A DNA stretch of 64,000 nucleotides, from assembly GCA_018222915.1 (NCBI GenBank), contig JAAEZI010000001.1:1-64000 (forward strand), written 5' to 3'. Position 1 is the first letter of the stretch, and each line of letters starts with the position of its first letter. Position numbers and translations under genes: made by a program. Shown here one piece after another: positions 19,314 through 29,589 of this stretch. Source of the stretch: Algicola sp. (GTDB lineage: Bacteria > Bacteroidota > Bacteroidia > Flavobacteriales > Flavobacteriaceae). Under the pieces are notes generated by a model that saw only the letters and a program-made list of their open reading frames with translations, did not search any database and was not told the DNA's origin.

Positions 19314-20945
19314 TTACTGTAACGTAGGTGAATAATTGGTTGGGTAATTACCAACATTAACGAAATTTCCTGAGGCTTCAAAATTAGAACCATAGGTTAC
19401 ATCAATGGCTCTCATGAATTCATTTGCAATAAGTGCATACCCTCTGGAATTAGGGTGAACGCCATCCAATGAAAACGCACCTCCTGTAACTAAGTTTGCA
19501 GTTAATGTGAATTCGCCACTGGTAATACCGCCATTTGCTAATTGTGTTAATAACGCATTGGCATCAACAAATGCTAAACCAGCTGAGCTCGCACTAGCAG
19601 ATATTGTTGCGTTAAAGCCTGCTGTTGCTGTTGCCACTTCTGCTTGTTCTGTTGGTAAAAGCACCCATTTATCTTCTAAAGGTAAGGACACACCTTCCAC
19701 AGCAAATTGTGCGGCTAAAGCAGGTGATAAGCCTTGTGATTCAAGAAATCCTGCAAATACCTCATTGACTTCTCCGATAGTTGATGCACTAGGCAAAACT
19801 AATAAATCATCGGCAGTTGCTTGTCTCGCTTGTCCGTAAACTATTCCGAATAAATTCGCTACGATTGGTGCTGCTGCTGCAGGCAAACCAAACGATTGTA
19901 CAAAGGCTGGAAATGTTGGACTTGCATTGAGTACACCAGTGATTTGAGCTGAAAGGTTTGGCAGACTTTCATCAGAAATTACTACGGCACTTGCTTCAGT
20001 CTCTGAAAATACAATAGAACGTTCAGGAACGCCTAAAAAGGCAAACACCTGATTTAATTGTCCAAACACACCATTAAGCGTCGGAATTTGAGGCCCAAAA
20101 TCTTCATTTGTTGGGTCTAAAGGATTATGAGGTACTGTTGTAAAGTAAGGTATGGTCGTAACGTCAGGAATATTCGCGACAACGCCTTTTGCTCCTTGTG
20201 ACGTTAAGGTGCTAATTAAGGTGGAATAAGCAAAATCAAATGTTGCTTGGTCTGTTAAAGTTCCAGAGGCACCACCCGAAGTAGCATATCCTAAGACATC
20301 ATTATTACCAATCCACAACGAGAAAAACGTTGGAGATTGAGCCATAGCCAACTCCAATATGGATGCATCCGTATTTCCAGTTATTCTAACCGCATAAGGG
20401 TTAGCTGCAGCTGGGAAATTAGCTAAGTTTCCGTAGCCAGGAGCCAGTAAGTGAAAACTTGCTGCACCAGGAACACCTAAATTGTTAAATGGTCCTGTAG
20501 GATTATTCAACGCAAAATCTGTAGTCGGTAAAATAGGCCCTACGACATCTGCTAAATTTACAGGTCCTGCTCCTCCAAACACTAATCTAGGTTTAAATAA
20601 AGTATCCATAGTCACAGGATTTACAACAACGTTACCACCTAATATTAGTCCGCCTATATTATCGTTGGTTAAGGGTTGTGTAAAACTTCCACCACCTACT
20701 AAGGCAAATTTTTCTGAAAGTGTTTTAGGAAATGAATTTTCTTGACTTGCAATAAATAAGGCATTGTCTGTAAATCCAGCTGTCAATGAATTTCCTAAGG
20801 AAACATAATTTGAAAAGTCAGCAGAACCAGCAGTCAATTCAGGAAGGACTACTGCTTCTTCAGTCATATCAAAATCTTCCTCATCGTTACATGCTGTGAA
20901 ACCTATAAGGATTGCAGAGAGTACTATATATTTTATCGTTTTCAT
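19314..20945 (-). CDS. Lipoprotein with SGNH/GDSL-hydrolase-like motifs, co-operonic with the upstream TonB-dependent receptor.
   Basis: Lipobox LIGFTAC; block I VSLGNSLTAGF (GNS variant of GDS) and block V DGVHPNSRGYALIANEF (DxxH) about 450 aa apart. 11-nt gap after the TBDR. Confidence 0.5.
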   Translation of the reverse strand: MKTIKYIVLSAILIGFTACNDEEDFDMTEEAVVLPELTAGSADFSNYVSLGNSLTAGFTDNALFIASQENSFPKTLSEKFALVGGGSFTQPLTNDNIGGLILGGNVVVNPVTMDTLFKPRLVFGGAGPVNLADVVGPILPTTDFALNNPTGPFNNLGVPGAASFHLLAPGYGNLANFPAAANPYAVRITGNTDASILELAMAQSPTFFSLWIGNNDVLGYATSGGASGTLTDQATFDFAYSTLISTLTSQGAKGVVANIPDVTTIPYFTTVPHNPLDPTNEDFGPQIPTLNGVFGQLNQVFAFLGVPERSIVFSETEASAVVISDESLPNLSAQITGVLNASPTFPAFVQSFGLPAAAAPIVANLFGIVYGQARQATADDLLVLPSASTIGEVNEVFAGFLESQGLSPALAAQFAVEGVSLPLEDKWVLLPTEQAEVATATAGFNATISASASSAGLAFVDANALLTQLANGGITSGEFTLTANLVTGGAFSLDGVHPNSRGYALIANEFMRAIDVTYGSNFEASGNFVNVGNYPTNYSPTLQ

Positions 20946-20956
20946 TATGATATTTT

Positions 20957-23743
20957 TTATAAGTTATTAATTGTCCAAGATGCGTAGTACATTGATCCAA
21001 TGAATCCAGTACCGAAAGCTGTAAAGTATTCTTTTCCAGTTAGGTTTGTAGCACCTACTTTGAAAGACGATTTTAAACTTGGTATTCTGTAGTTAAGCTG
21101 GGCATCTAAGACATGGAATTCTGGCACCACACCATTTCCGAAAGTTGCTTCCCAGAAATAATCATCACTAAATCTGTAAGCTACATTGAATCCGAAGTTT
21201 TTAAACAAATCGGTATTACCGAAAGAGGCTTTGAATTTATGCTCAGGTGTATTGAAGTTAGTCATGAAATCAGGATTAGCTTCTTGATCAAAATCTTGCT
21301 TGGTAAAGGTATAACTACCACCTAAGTCGAAGTCTTTAAAAATCTTGGTGGATAATCCAATAGATGCACCATAAGAACTGATGTCAACGTTGGAGTTGGT
21401 ATAACCACTATAGGCTTGAAAATCGCCATTGGAAATTGCAGCTACAGATAAGGAGCCATCACCTACTGTTCCGTAGAAAGGCGCAATAACAACCTCTTGA
21501 GAGATAAAGTCTTTGTACTGGTTATAGTAGGTACTAAAATCAATCACGATGTTGTTTAATTTACCACGATATCCAATTTCAAAGGATGTTACTTGTTCTG
21601 GCTTCACCAAATCAGGATTGGCAACTTCTAAAACCGCTGGGTTACCAGTTGCAGATAAGGCCTCTACAGAACTTAATGTATAAGAGTTGTTGTAAGCAGC
21701 AGAACCCGTTTGAGTAATCGTTGCTGGTTGCCCTAAAGCTTGTCCACCTCCACTAACAGAAAAGTTTCTTACATAACGATCTAAGTTGTCAGGCGCAGAA
21801 CCAACGAGGATAGCACGACCAGCATCTAATCCGATAAATAAATCTTGAGTTGTTGGGTTTCTGAAACCTGTTTGAACAGACGCTCTTATGTTATGATTCT
21901 CATTAACTGTTAATCCAGCTGATAATCTTGGCGAGAAAAACCCGTCAAAGAACTCTGATTTATCATAACGAATAGAACCTGTTAATTTCAAATCCATCAT
22001 TTCGTTCAAATTAAAATCTTTTTGGATCTGAGTATACACACCAAATTCTGAGTAATTGATAGGACCATCACGATCTGTATAAATGGTTCCTCCAGAGTTT
22101 AAGCTATATCTTCTGTAAGATCCACCTACTTGGATGTCGGCAAAATCGGTTAAATGACTGAAGTTATAATTACCATCGGCATGGTAGTATTTAGAGGCGT
22201 CTTGAAACTTTGATCCACGTGATAAATCTGGATTTGATATACTGTTTTCAAATGCTTGTTGAAATTCTGGACTTCCTGGTTCAAATCGACCAGATTCAGC
22301 TTGAGCTCTTGCTAAAGCGTGCGCTTGTTCGTTTGTAGCACCTGATAAAGTTGCCTGGACATAAGTTCCAGTATATTCACCAAACCACGTATTATCATCT
22401 TTCCATGCTCTGTTGATATTAATACCTGTGAACACCATATCGTAAGAATCTCCAGCTTTGTCAGCTACCACATATCCTCTTAAGAAGAAGTTGTCATTTC
22501 TTACTTCTAATTTATGTTGTTCTTGGAAAAACCCATTAATATTGTATCTGTTAGTACCTTGATAAATAGTGGATCCTGTACCAGCTTTACCAACATATGA
22601 CAATTCTAAACTATTGTCTTCAATTGGACGATAGAAAAGTCCCCAATCCGCTTTAATACTTTCAGCATTATAATTGGTAAGTGTGCGCTCATTATAACCT
22701 GTTCTACTTACTTGAACGGAAGGAACCAATGCATTAGCACCAGCAGGCAAGATGCCTAATCCTTCTAAAGTTACGGCAACGTCCTTGATATCTGTTGAAA
22801 CCTCATCGCCATATACATTGATACCATTATAATTTAAGTTGGTTTGTCTGGTCCCACCAGGCATATCACTATCAACTTCACTAGTCGCAGCCCAGTCGGT
22901 ACCTTTTAAATAACCGAAGTTGATTTTAGCTGCAAATTTATCACTGAATTTATAGGCTGCACGAAATCCTAAATCTGTATATGGATTGTCTCCAGCTGCT
23001 TCTTGAGAAGTGATACCGCGTTTTATGTAGCCACTAATACCTTGGTGATCAAATGGATTTTTACTTCGCATGAATAAGATACCATTAAATGCGTTGGCAC
23101 CATATAAGGCCGAAGATGCTCCAGGCAAAAGCTCAACGCTCAGTACATCCGTTTCGGTCATCCCAACAAGGTTACCAATCGGGAAGTTTAAAGCTGGTGT
23201 GGAATTATCCATTCCATCTACCAATTGCATAAACCTCGTATTCGCAAAAGTTGCAAAACCTCTTGTGTTAATAGATTTAAAAGTTAAACTGTTGGTATTG
23301 ACATCAACACCTTTAAGATCTTCCAAACCACCGTAAAAATCTGCAGATGCCGTATTTTTGATTTCTTTTAATCCGAAACGTTCTACGGTTACTGGTGATT
23401 CAAAAATTCGTTCTGGAGTTCTTGAAGCTGAAATAACTACTTCGTCTAGAGAAGTTCCTTCAACCATTGTGATATCAATTGTTTGAGGATTCGTCGTCAC
23501 TTCTTTTGTTACTGTTTCAAAACCAACACTACTTACTTGAATAGAAAAGGGAGGGTTTTGATTGACCAACAATGTGTAGTTTCCGTCGAAATCTGAAATT
23601 GTACCTGTCGTAGTTCCAACCACTATAATGTTAGCTCCAGGAAGCGGAACACCATTATTGTCTGTAACTTTACCTTTTACTGTTGTTTGCGAAAAAGTTA
23701 TCGCACAACAAAACAGCATCATAATCTTGAATATTGTCTTCAT
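20957..23743 (-). CDS. TonB-dependent outer-membrane receptor with an N-terminal carboxypeptidase-regulatory-like domain.
   Basis: Signal peptide, then KGKVTDNNGVPLPGANIIVVGTTTGTISDFDGNYTL (CarbopepD_reg-like), plug domain (SPVTVERFGLKEI), and a long beta-barrel. Confidence 0.85.
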   Translation of the reverse strand: MKTIFKIMMLFCCAITFSQTTVKGKVTDNNGVPLPGANIIVVGTTTGTISDFDGNYTLLVNQNPPFSIQVSSVGFETVTKEVTTNPQTIDITMVEGTSLDEVVISASRTPERIFESPVTVERFGLKEIKNTASADFYGGLEDLKGVDVNTNSLTFKSINTRGFATFANTRFMQLVDGMDNSTPALNFPIGNLVGMTETDVLSVELLPGASSALYGANAFNGILFMRSKNPFDHQGISGYIKRGITSQEAAGDNPYTDLGFRAAYKFSDKFAAKINFGYLKGTDWAATSEVDSDMPGGTRQTNLNYNGINVYGDEVSTDIKDVAVTLEGLGILPAGANALVPSVQVSRTGYNERTLTNYNAESIKADWGLFYRPIEDNSLELSYVGKAGTGSTIYQGTNRYNINGFFQEQHKLEVRNDNFFLRGYVVADKAGDSYDMVFTGININRAWKDDNTWFGEYTGTYVQATLSGATNEQAHALARAQAESGRFEPGSPEFQQAFENSISNPDLSRGSKFQDASKYYHADGNYNFSHLTDFADIQVGGSYRRYSLNSGGTIYTDRDGPINYSEFGVYTQIQKDFNLNEMMDLKLTGSIRYDKSEFFDGFFSPRLSAGLTVNENHNIRASVQTGFRNPTTQDLFIGLDAGRAILVGSAPDNLDRYVRNFSVSGGGQALGQPATITQTGSAAYNNSYTLSSVEALSATGNPAVLEVANPDLVKPEQVTSFEIGYRGKLNNIVIDFSTYYNQYKDFISQEVVIAPFYGTVGDGSLSVAAISNGDFQAYSGYTNSNVDISSYGASIGLSTKIFKDFDLGGSYTFTKQDFDQEANPDFMTNFNTPEHKFKASFGNTDLFKNFGFNVAYRFSDDYFWEATFGNGVVPEFHVLDAQLNYRIPSLKSSFKVGATNLTGKEYFTAFGTGFIGSMYYASWTINNL

Positions 23744-23872
23744 TTTAGGGAATTAGTTAAATTTAGTAAAGCAATATAAATAATTAAATGATAATGAAAT
23801 GAAAAAAAGCAGAAAAATTATGCACGCATAATAGTTTTTTAACAAAAAAAACAGGCTTAAATTTGGTATAAT

Positions 23873-23921
23873 TCAAAAAAAAGCGCTGAAAATAAGATAT
23901 TTATATTTTCAGCGCTTTTTT
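23873..23921. terminator. Bidirectional terminator downstream of glmS (-), in the AT-rich region upstream of the TBDR.
   Basis: aagcgctgaaaata / tattttcagcgctt 14-bp stem flanked by A-run (23873-80) and T-run (23918-21). Confidence 0.6.
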
Positions 23922-23939
23922 AAAATATGATGATTTATG

Positions 23940-25787
23940 TTATTCTACGGTAACTGCCTTAGCCAAATTTCTTGGTTGATCCACATTTTTACCGAGCATC
24001 AAGGCGATGTGATACGACAACAGTTGTAATGGAATCGTGGTTAACAAAGGTGTTAATGATTCTATGGTTTCAGGCACTTCGATAATATGATCAGCTAGTT
24101 CTTTCACTTGCTTGTCTCCTTCAGTGACGATACCTATAATTTTACCTTTTCGAGATTTAATCTCCTGAATATTACTCACAACTTTTTCATAATGACCTTT
24201 TTTAGTTGCAATGACCACAATAGGCATGTTCTCATCGATAAGTGCTATGGGTCCATGTTTCATTTCAGCTGCTGGATATCCTTCTGCATGGATATAAGAT
24301 ATTTCCTTTAGTTTTAAGGCCCCTTCCAAAGCTACAGGGAAATTGTAACCTCTTCCTAAATATAAAAAGTTGTGAACGTCTTTGTAGATTGCCGCAACCG
24401 TTTTTACATAATCATCAGATTCTAATGCTTTTTTAACTTTTTCTGGAATCAATTCCAACTCAATCAAATTATGTCTATAATCTGAGCTAGATATTGTGCC
24501 TTTCGCACGAGCTAATCGCAGGGCAATTAATGTGAGAACTGTGATTTGCGTTGTAAATGCTTTTGTTGATGCAACACCTATTTCTGGTCCAGCATGTGTA
24601 TATGCTCCAGCATGCGTTTCTCTCGCGATAGATGATCCAACGACATTGCAAACACCAAAAACAAAAGCGCCTTTAGATTTTGCTAATTTAATAGCGGCAA
24701 GTGTGTCTGCGGTTTCTCCCGACTGAGAAATAGCTATAACCACATCATTTTCTGTAATGATTGGATTTCTATATCTGAATTCTGAGGCATATTCAACTTC
24801 TACCGGAATTCTAGCTAAGTCTTCAAAAATATATTCTGCTACCAACCCAGCATGCCATGATGTACCACATGCTACGATGATAATTCTATGAGCATTCAGG
24901 AATTTTTTCATGTTATCCTCAACGCCTGCCATTTTTATAATGGCTTTATCTGTCAATAAACGTCCGCGAAAAGTATCAAGAATAGCATTGGGCTGCTCAT
25001 AAATTTCTTTGAGCATAAAATGATCGTAACCACCTTTTTCGATTTGTTCAAGATTTAATTGCAGCTCTTGCACATAAGGTGCCACTAAAGAATCATCCTT
25101 AATTTTTCTTATTTTGACATTTTTATTGCGTCTTACAATAGCCATTTCCTCATCTTCGAGATAAATAGCATTTTTGGTATATTCGATAAATGGTGAAGCA
25201 TCACTGGCAATGAAGAATTCATCGTCGCCTATACCTATGGCCAATGGGCTACCTAGTCTTGCGACGACAATTTCATTGGGTTTGTTTTTATCAAAAACAG
25301 CAATAGCATAAGCGCCAATGACTTGGTTTAATGCAATTTGAACGGCTTTTCCAAGTTTGATATTTTCATTCTTTTTAACATCCTCAATAAGATTGATTAA
25401 AACTTCTGTATCGGTATCCGATTTAAAAGTGTAACCTCTTTTGATTAACTCTTTTTTTAAGGATTCATAATTTTCAATGATACCATTATGGATGATGACT
25501 AAGTCTCCGGAGTTTGAATAGTGCGGATGGGAATTAACATCATTAGGGACACCGTGAGTAGCCCATCTGGTATGACCAATACCCAAGGTTCCTTTTGTAG
25601 ATATTTCACTTTCAATCTTGGCTTCTAAATCTGCAACTTTACCCTTTGTTTTCGAAAGCTTGATATCAGTCCCGTCATACAATGCAATACCTGCACTATC
25701 ATATCCGCGATATTCAAGTCTTTTCAATCCCTTTAAAATTATTGGGTAAGCATCTCTATGTCCAATATAGCCTACGATTCCACACAT
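23940..25787 (-). CDS. glmS: Glutamine--fructose-6-phosphate aminotransferase.
   Basis: N-terminal MCGIVGYIG Ntn glutaminase, two SIS domains, C-terminal ...KAVTVE. Confidence 0.95.
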   Translation of the reverse strand: MCGIVGYIGHRDAYPIILKGLKRLEYRGYDSAGIALYDGTDIKLSKTKGKVADLEAKIESEISTKGTLGIGHTRWATHGVPNDVNSHPHYSNSGDLVIIHNGIIENYESLKKELIKRGYTFKSDTDTEVLINLIEDVKKNENIKLGKAVQIALNQVIGAYAIAVFDKNKPNEIVVARLGSPLAIGIGDDEFFIASDASPFIEYTKNAIYLEDEEMAIVRRNKNVKIRKIKDDSLVAPYVQELQLNLEQIEKGGYDHFMLKEIYEQPNAILDTFRGRLLTDKAIIKMAGVEDNMKKFLNAHRIIIVACGTSWHAGLVAEYIFEDLARIPVEVEYASEFRYRNPIITENDVVIAISQSGETADTLAAIKLAKSKGAFVFGVCNVVGSSIARETHAGAYTHAGPEIGVASTKAFTTQITVLTLIALRLARAKGTISSSDYRHNLIELELIPEKVKKALESDDYVKTVAAIYKDVHNFLYLGRGYNFPVALEGALKLKEISYIHAEGYPAAEMKHGPIALIDENMPIVVIATKKGHYEKVVSNIQEIKSRKGKIIGIVTEGDKQVKELADHIIEVPETIESLTPLLTTIPLQLLSYHIALMLGKNVDQPRNLAKAVTVE

Positions 25788-25792
25788 GTGAT

Positions 25793-27439
25793 CTAGTTGT
25801 TTGGTTCAGTATATATTATCTCCAAATATAATTTTTTTTCTTCGTTGGAAGTGTTGTTTCCGTACAAAACTGTTCCTCGAGGTGTCACGATAGAACTTAC
25901 GGGTACCTTTTCCTCGGTGTCGTCTCCAGTCAAAACATCAAATTGAAGCGTGCTTGCTTCTAAATTGACATTTCCGGAAACAGATAGTCCTAGTTTTACA
26001 TTTGTAGAATCTCTTAGTAGTAAGTTGTTGATATGTTCCGTGATTCTGATTTTATACTTGACACCATTCCCAGTCGATTCACCATTTTCTCTCTGTAAAC
26101 GACCTAAATGGTTGGATCTTGAAATGATAGGAAAAGCCGTGTTGGAATTATCCAAGAAAAAATCAGATAAAGGTGTGTGGTTTTCAGCATCATAAAGAAA
26201 GACACGCTCAGGTTCATGCGCTTCACCCACGGCATCTTGATCTACATAAAACACAAGGTTAGCCTCATTAATGATTCTCTTACTGCTGGTAAAACGTCCA
26301 TCGGCATCAGTTTCAACGAATTCATTCTTAAAGGATTCAAACATATTGTTCGTCGTATTGTCTTCATCAATATCTTCGCCATCAAACAATTTTATTTCAG
26401 CAACCGACCCTTGTCCACCTTTAAGAAATAGGTTAGCATCACCATTTGTCACATCACCTTGGTTTATGGTAAAATCGTTAGAAATAAAATTCACACGGTT
26501 TTGTGTGAAGTTCAAGACGTAAGTGGAATTCACGCGCTCACCATCTTCGGTAGCACTATCTTTGGAATAGTATAGTGTGATATTTGCAGCCGAAGCACCA
26601 AAATTTAAGAGTGATAAGTTTCCTGGGCTACCTGTAGGTTCTGCCTTGAAATAAATACCTCTCAAATAATTTTTGAAATTATTTTGGTTACTTAATTCAG
26701 GTTGGCCTTCCATAAGGATTATCTTGTTATACCAATACCCAGGACTTAAATTAAGTCTTAGGGCAGGTGCTAATCTTGTGGTCACAACCTCTTCTTCATC
26801 CCATAATGGAATTTGCAAGGGACTAGGAACAAAATTGTCTAAATCAATGGTTGGACTTGTGCCATTTAGTTCAATACCTTCTAATTGGTTCGCATTGATG
26901 TTGTCAACACCAGTCGTCATATCGGCATAATACAATTGTGGATCACCTAAATTGGCATTTTCTTCCGGGTTAAAATCCCTCAAATAGTAATTACTCTCAA
27001 AAATGGACAATTTTATGGGATCGCTTCCGTAGACAGAATCTAAGTCAAAAGAAGCAACGCCTTCTTCATCAACCTCTGTAAGCGTGCTAAAATAAGGCAC
27101 TGTTAATACTACAGAATCAAGTACGACACCTGTTCCGAAGTCTGGGTCTAATAGATTTGGTTCCACTTGAGTTACGATACTTGCTGTTGTATTACCGTAA
27201 ATAGGATCATTGTATACGCCTAACATGTTAACTGGCAAGTTGTTGGTTTGCACAGGACTTAATGGTTTGGTGTAGGCAATGACTTCAAAATCTTCAGCAA
27301 TAGTGTTAAAATGAGTGGCATTTTCATTATTGATAATATCGGAATCGATATCAGCAAAATCTTTATCACAAGCAATGAAACTAGAAACTAGCAGTGCTGA
27401 CATTGCTATGTTTCTTAGGGCAATTTTTCTTTTCTTCAT
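25793..27439 (-). CDS. Lipoprotein, DUF4270-like (the conserved flavobacterial neighbour upstream of glmS).
   Basis: Lipobox VSSFIAC and size about 550 aa. The DUF4270 assignment is from recalled synteny (glgA-like / DUF4270 / glmS), not a motif. Confidence 0.45.
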   Translation of the reverse strand: MKKRKIALRNIAMSALLVSSFIACDKDFADIDSDIINNENATHFNTIAEDFEVIAYTKPLSPVQTNNLPVNMLGVYNDPIYGNTTASIVTQVEPNLLDPDFGTGVVLDSVVLTVPYFSTLTEVDEEGVASFDLDSVYGSDPIKLSIFESNYYLRDFNPEENANLGDPQLYYADMTTGVDNINANQLEGIELNGTSPTIDLDNFVPSPLQIPLWDEEEVVTTRLAPALRLNLSPGYWYNKIILMEGQPELSNQNNFKNYLRGIYFKAEPTGSPGNLSLLNFGASAANITLYYSKDSATEDGERVNSTYVLNFTQNRVNFISNDFTINQGDVTNGDANLFLKGGQGSVAEIKLFDGEDIDEDNTTNNMFESFKNEFVETDADGRFTSSKRIINEANLVFYVDQDAVGEAHEPERVFLYDAENHTPLSDFFLDNSNTAFPIISRSNHLGRLQRENGESTGNGVKYKIRITEHINNLLLRDSTNVKLGLSVSGNVNLEASTLQFDVLTGDDTEEKVPVSSIVTPRGTVLYGNNTSNEEKKLYLEIIYTEPNN

Positions 27440-27450
27440 AAATGTATTTA

Positions 27451-28260
27451 CTAATCTAAAACTTTAGTCTTGTAAAATTCAGTGTATTGATCGGCAAAGT
27501 CTTCTAACGGATAATAGTCTAATACTGGTTTATCTGCTGCAGAAAGATAGTCCTCAAGTTCCTTTGGTAATTCATCAGATCCTTTAATCAAGGCATCTGA
27601 ATGATCTATAGCTACTTTCATTAAGTTGCTATAGGTTGGATCTTTTAAAGACTTAATTTTACTTTCATCCACATTGTCAAATTTGACTTTGTCAATCATG
27701 TTTTTATCTAACGTACCATCAAAGCTTTGATTGTATACTGAGGTCACAATTTTACTTTCTGTGAATAATGGCTCGTTTTTATAAAATTCCTTTAAGTATA
27801 AAGGCAATAAGGAAGCCAGCCATCCATTAACATGGATAATGTCTGGAGACCAGTTGAGTTTTTTAACAGTTTCTATCACGCCCTTGGCAAAAAATATAGC
27901 ACGTTCGTCGTTGTCTGGAAACAACTTCCCATCTTCGTCTGTTAATGTTGCTTTTCTTTTGAAGTACTCTTCATTATCGATAAAATATACTTGAATTCTT
28001 TCTTTCGGAATAGAGGCTACCTTAATGATAAGTGGCATATCCAAATCGTTGATGACCAAGTTGATTCCAGATAATCGAATTACCTCATGAAGCTGGTGTC
28101 TTCTTTCATTAATATTTCCATAACGAGGCATAAATATTCGTATTTGTCCACCTTGTTTATTTACCATCTTTGGAGCTTCAAATGACATTGAAGAAATCTC
28201 AGTTTCCGGTAAATAAGGTACCACCTCAGATGACACATACAATATTCTCTTATCTTTCAT
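27451..28260 (-). CDS. Glycogen-synthase N-terminal-domain-like protein (truncated GT5-like, about 270 aa). Start chosen at MKDKRILYVSSE (28260); an upstream ATG is at 28296.
   Basis: RILYVSSEVVPY ... HVNGWLASLLPLYLK resembles the GlgA N-domain, but the KTGGL motif and the whole C-terminal GT-B half are absent. Confidence 0.5.
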   Translation of the reverse strand: MKDKRILYVSSEVVPYLPETEISSMSFEAPKMVNKQGGQIRIFMPRYGNINERRHQLHEVIRLSGINLVINDLDMPLIIKVASIPKERIQVYFIDNEEYFKRKATLTDEDGKLFPDNDERAIFFAKGVIETVKKLNWSPDIIHVNGWLASLLPLYLKEFYKNEPLFTESKIVTSVYNQSFDGTLDKNMIDKVKFDNVDESKIKSLKDPTYSNLMKVAIDHSDALIKGSDELPKELEDYLSAADKPVLDYYPLEDFADQYTEFYKTKVLD

Positions 28261-28336
28261 AAATCTATCGTTTTTGGAATTAAAAATAAAAAACATGCAA
28301 AATTACAAAATTTTATGCAGATTGCCAGTAAAATAT

Positions 28337-28344
28337 TAAGTTTG
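28337..28344 (+). promoter_or_regulatory. Candidate -7 box TAAGTTTG for panC.
   Basis: Matches TAnnTTTG; 25 nt upstream of the panC ATG. Confidence 0.3.
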
Positions 28345-28369
28345 CACGCTGTTAAACTTTTGTTAGCGT

Positions 28370-29221
28370 ATGAAGATTTTTAAAAACAAAGCAGATTTTC
28401 GCACCTATTTGGATGCGGTAAAGTCTGATAAAAAATCACTTGGTTTTGTGCCTACAATGGGTGCTTTACATCAAGGTCATGCGTCATTGATTGAGAAGGG
28501 TTTGGAGCAAAATGATATGGTGGTCGTGAGTGTATTTGTAAATCCGACACAGTTTGATAATCGCGAGGATTTAATTAAATATCCTAGAACACTTGAGGAT
28601 GATGTTCAGTTACTGAAAAAAATCTCCAAAGACCAGATTGTGGTATTTGCACCGACGGTTGCTGATATTTATGGCGATAATGTGATATCCGAATCCTTTT
28701 CCTACGATGGTCTTGAACACGAAATGGAAGGTAAGTTTAGAGATGGCCATTTTGATGGTGTTGGAACGATTATAAAGCGTCTTTTTAATATTGTGAAGCC
28801 TGATCGCGCTTATTTTGGTGAGAAGGATTTTCAACAATTAATGATCATCAAGAAATTAGTCGAGAAACTAGATTTGCCTGTACAAGTCATCGGTTGTAAA
28901 ATTCACAGAGATGAAGATGGTTTAGCAATGAGTTCTCGAAACACCAGATTGAAACCAGAGTATAGGTTAGCAGCCCCTTTTATCTATAAAACTTTAGTAA
29001 CGGCCAAGGAAAAATTTGGCACAATAAGTGCTAATAAAGTTACGGAATGGGTAGAACAACAATTTGAAAAACACGATTTATTGGAATTGGAGTATTTTAT
29101 AATTGCAAATTCGGAAACCCTAAAAACCGTTAAACGAAAATCAAAATACAATTCATACAGAGCGTTTATAGCTGTATATGCAGACGATATCAGACTTATT
29201 GATAATATCGCTCTAAATTAA
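28370..29221 (+). CDS. panC: Pantoate--beta-alanine ligase.
   Basis: [17 protein letters not shown]-like motif, full-length PanC. Confidence 0.9.
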   Translation: MKIFKNKADFRTYLDAVKSDKKSLGFVPTMGALHQGHASLIEKGLEQNDMVVVSVFVNPTQFDNREDLIKYPRTLEDDVQLLKKISKDQIVVFAPTVADIYGDNVISESFSYDGLEHEMEGKFRDGHFDGVGTIIKRLFNIVKPDRAYFGEKDFQQLMIIKKLVEKLDLPVQVIGCKIHRDEDGLAMSSRNTRLKPEYRLAAPFIYKTLVTAKEKFGTISANKVTEWVEQQFEKHDLLELEYFIIANSETLKTVKRKSKYNSYRAFIAVYADDIRLIDNIALN

Positions 29222-29234
29222 TTATCTTTGCCTC

Positions 29235-29585
29235 ATGCAAATTCAAGTAGTAAAATCTAAGATTCACCGTGTAAAAGTAACTGGAGCAGACCTTAATTAT
29301 ATAGGTAGTATTACCATTGATGAAGATCTCATGGAAGCGGCCAATATTATTCAAGGAGAGAAAGTCCAAATTGTTAATAACGATAATGGTGAACGTTTGG
29401 AAACCTATTGTATTCCTGGACCACGAAACAGTGGAGAGATCACTCTTAATGGAGCGGCTGCAAGAAAAGTAGCCGTAGGAGATACGCTGATACTTATTAC
29501 GTATGCATTCATGGATATCGAAGAAGCCAAAAACTTCAAGCCTTCTTTAGTTTTTCCTGATGAAGCCACTAATTTGTTAAAATAA
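29235..29585 (+). CDS. panD: Aspartate 1-decarboxylase.
   Basis: [29 protein letters not shown] (pyruvoyl-forming G-S site), 116 aa. Confidence 0.9.
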   Translation: MQIQVVKSKIHRVKVTGADLNYIGSITIDEDLMEAANIIQGEKVQIVNNDNGERLETYCIPGPRNSGEITLNGAAARKVAVGDTLILITYAFMDIEEAKNFKPSLVFPDEATNLLK

Positions 29586-29589
29586 ATAG

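Noticed and set aside
23744-23939. Checked the larger intergenic regions (23744-23939, 19137-19313, 33000-33182, 47256-47436, 50316-50498, 55277-55438) for tRNA, SRP, 6S or riboswitch-like structure.
   Set aside because: No cloverleaf-compatible GGTTCGA-type T-arm, no conserved SRP motif and no obvious multi-stem structure. These regions are AT-rich promoter or terminator DNA. A covariance-model scan (Infernal/Rfam) would be needed to be sure.
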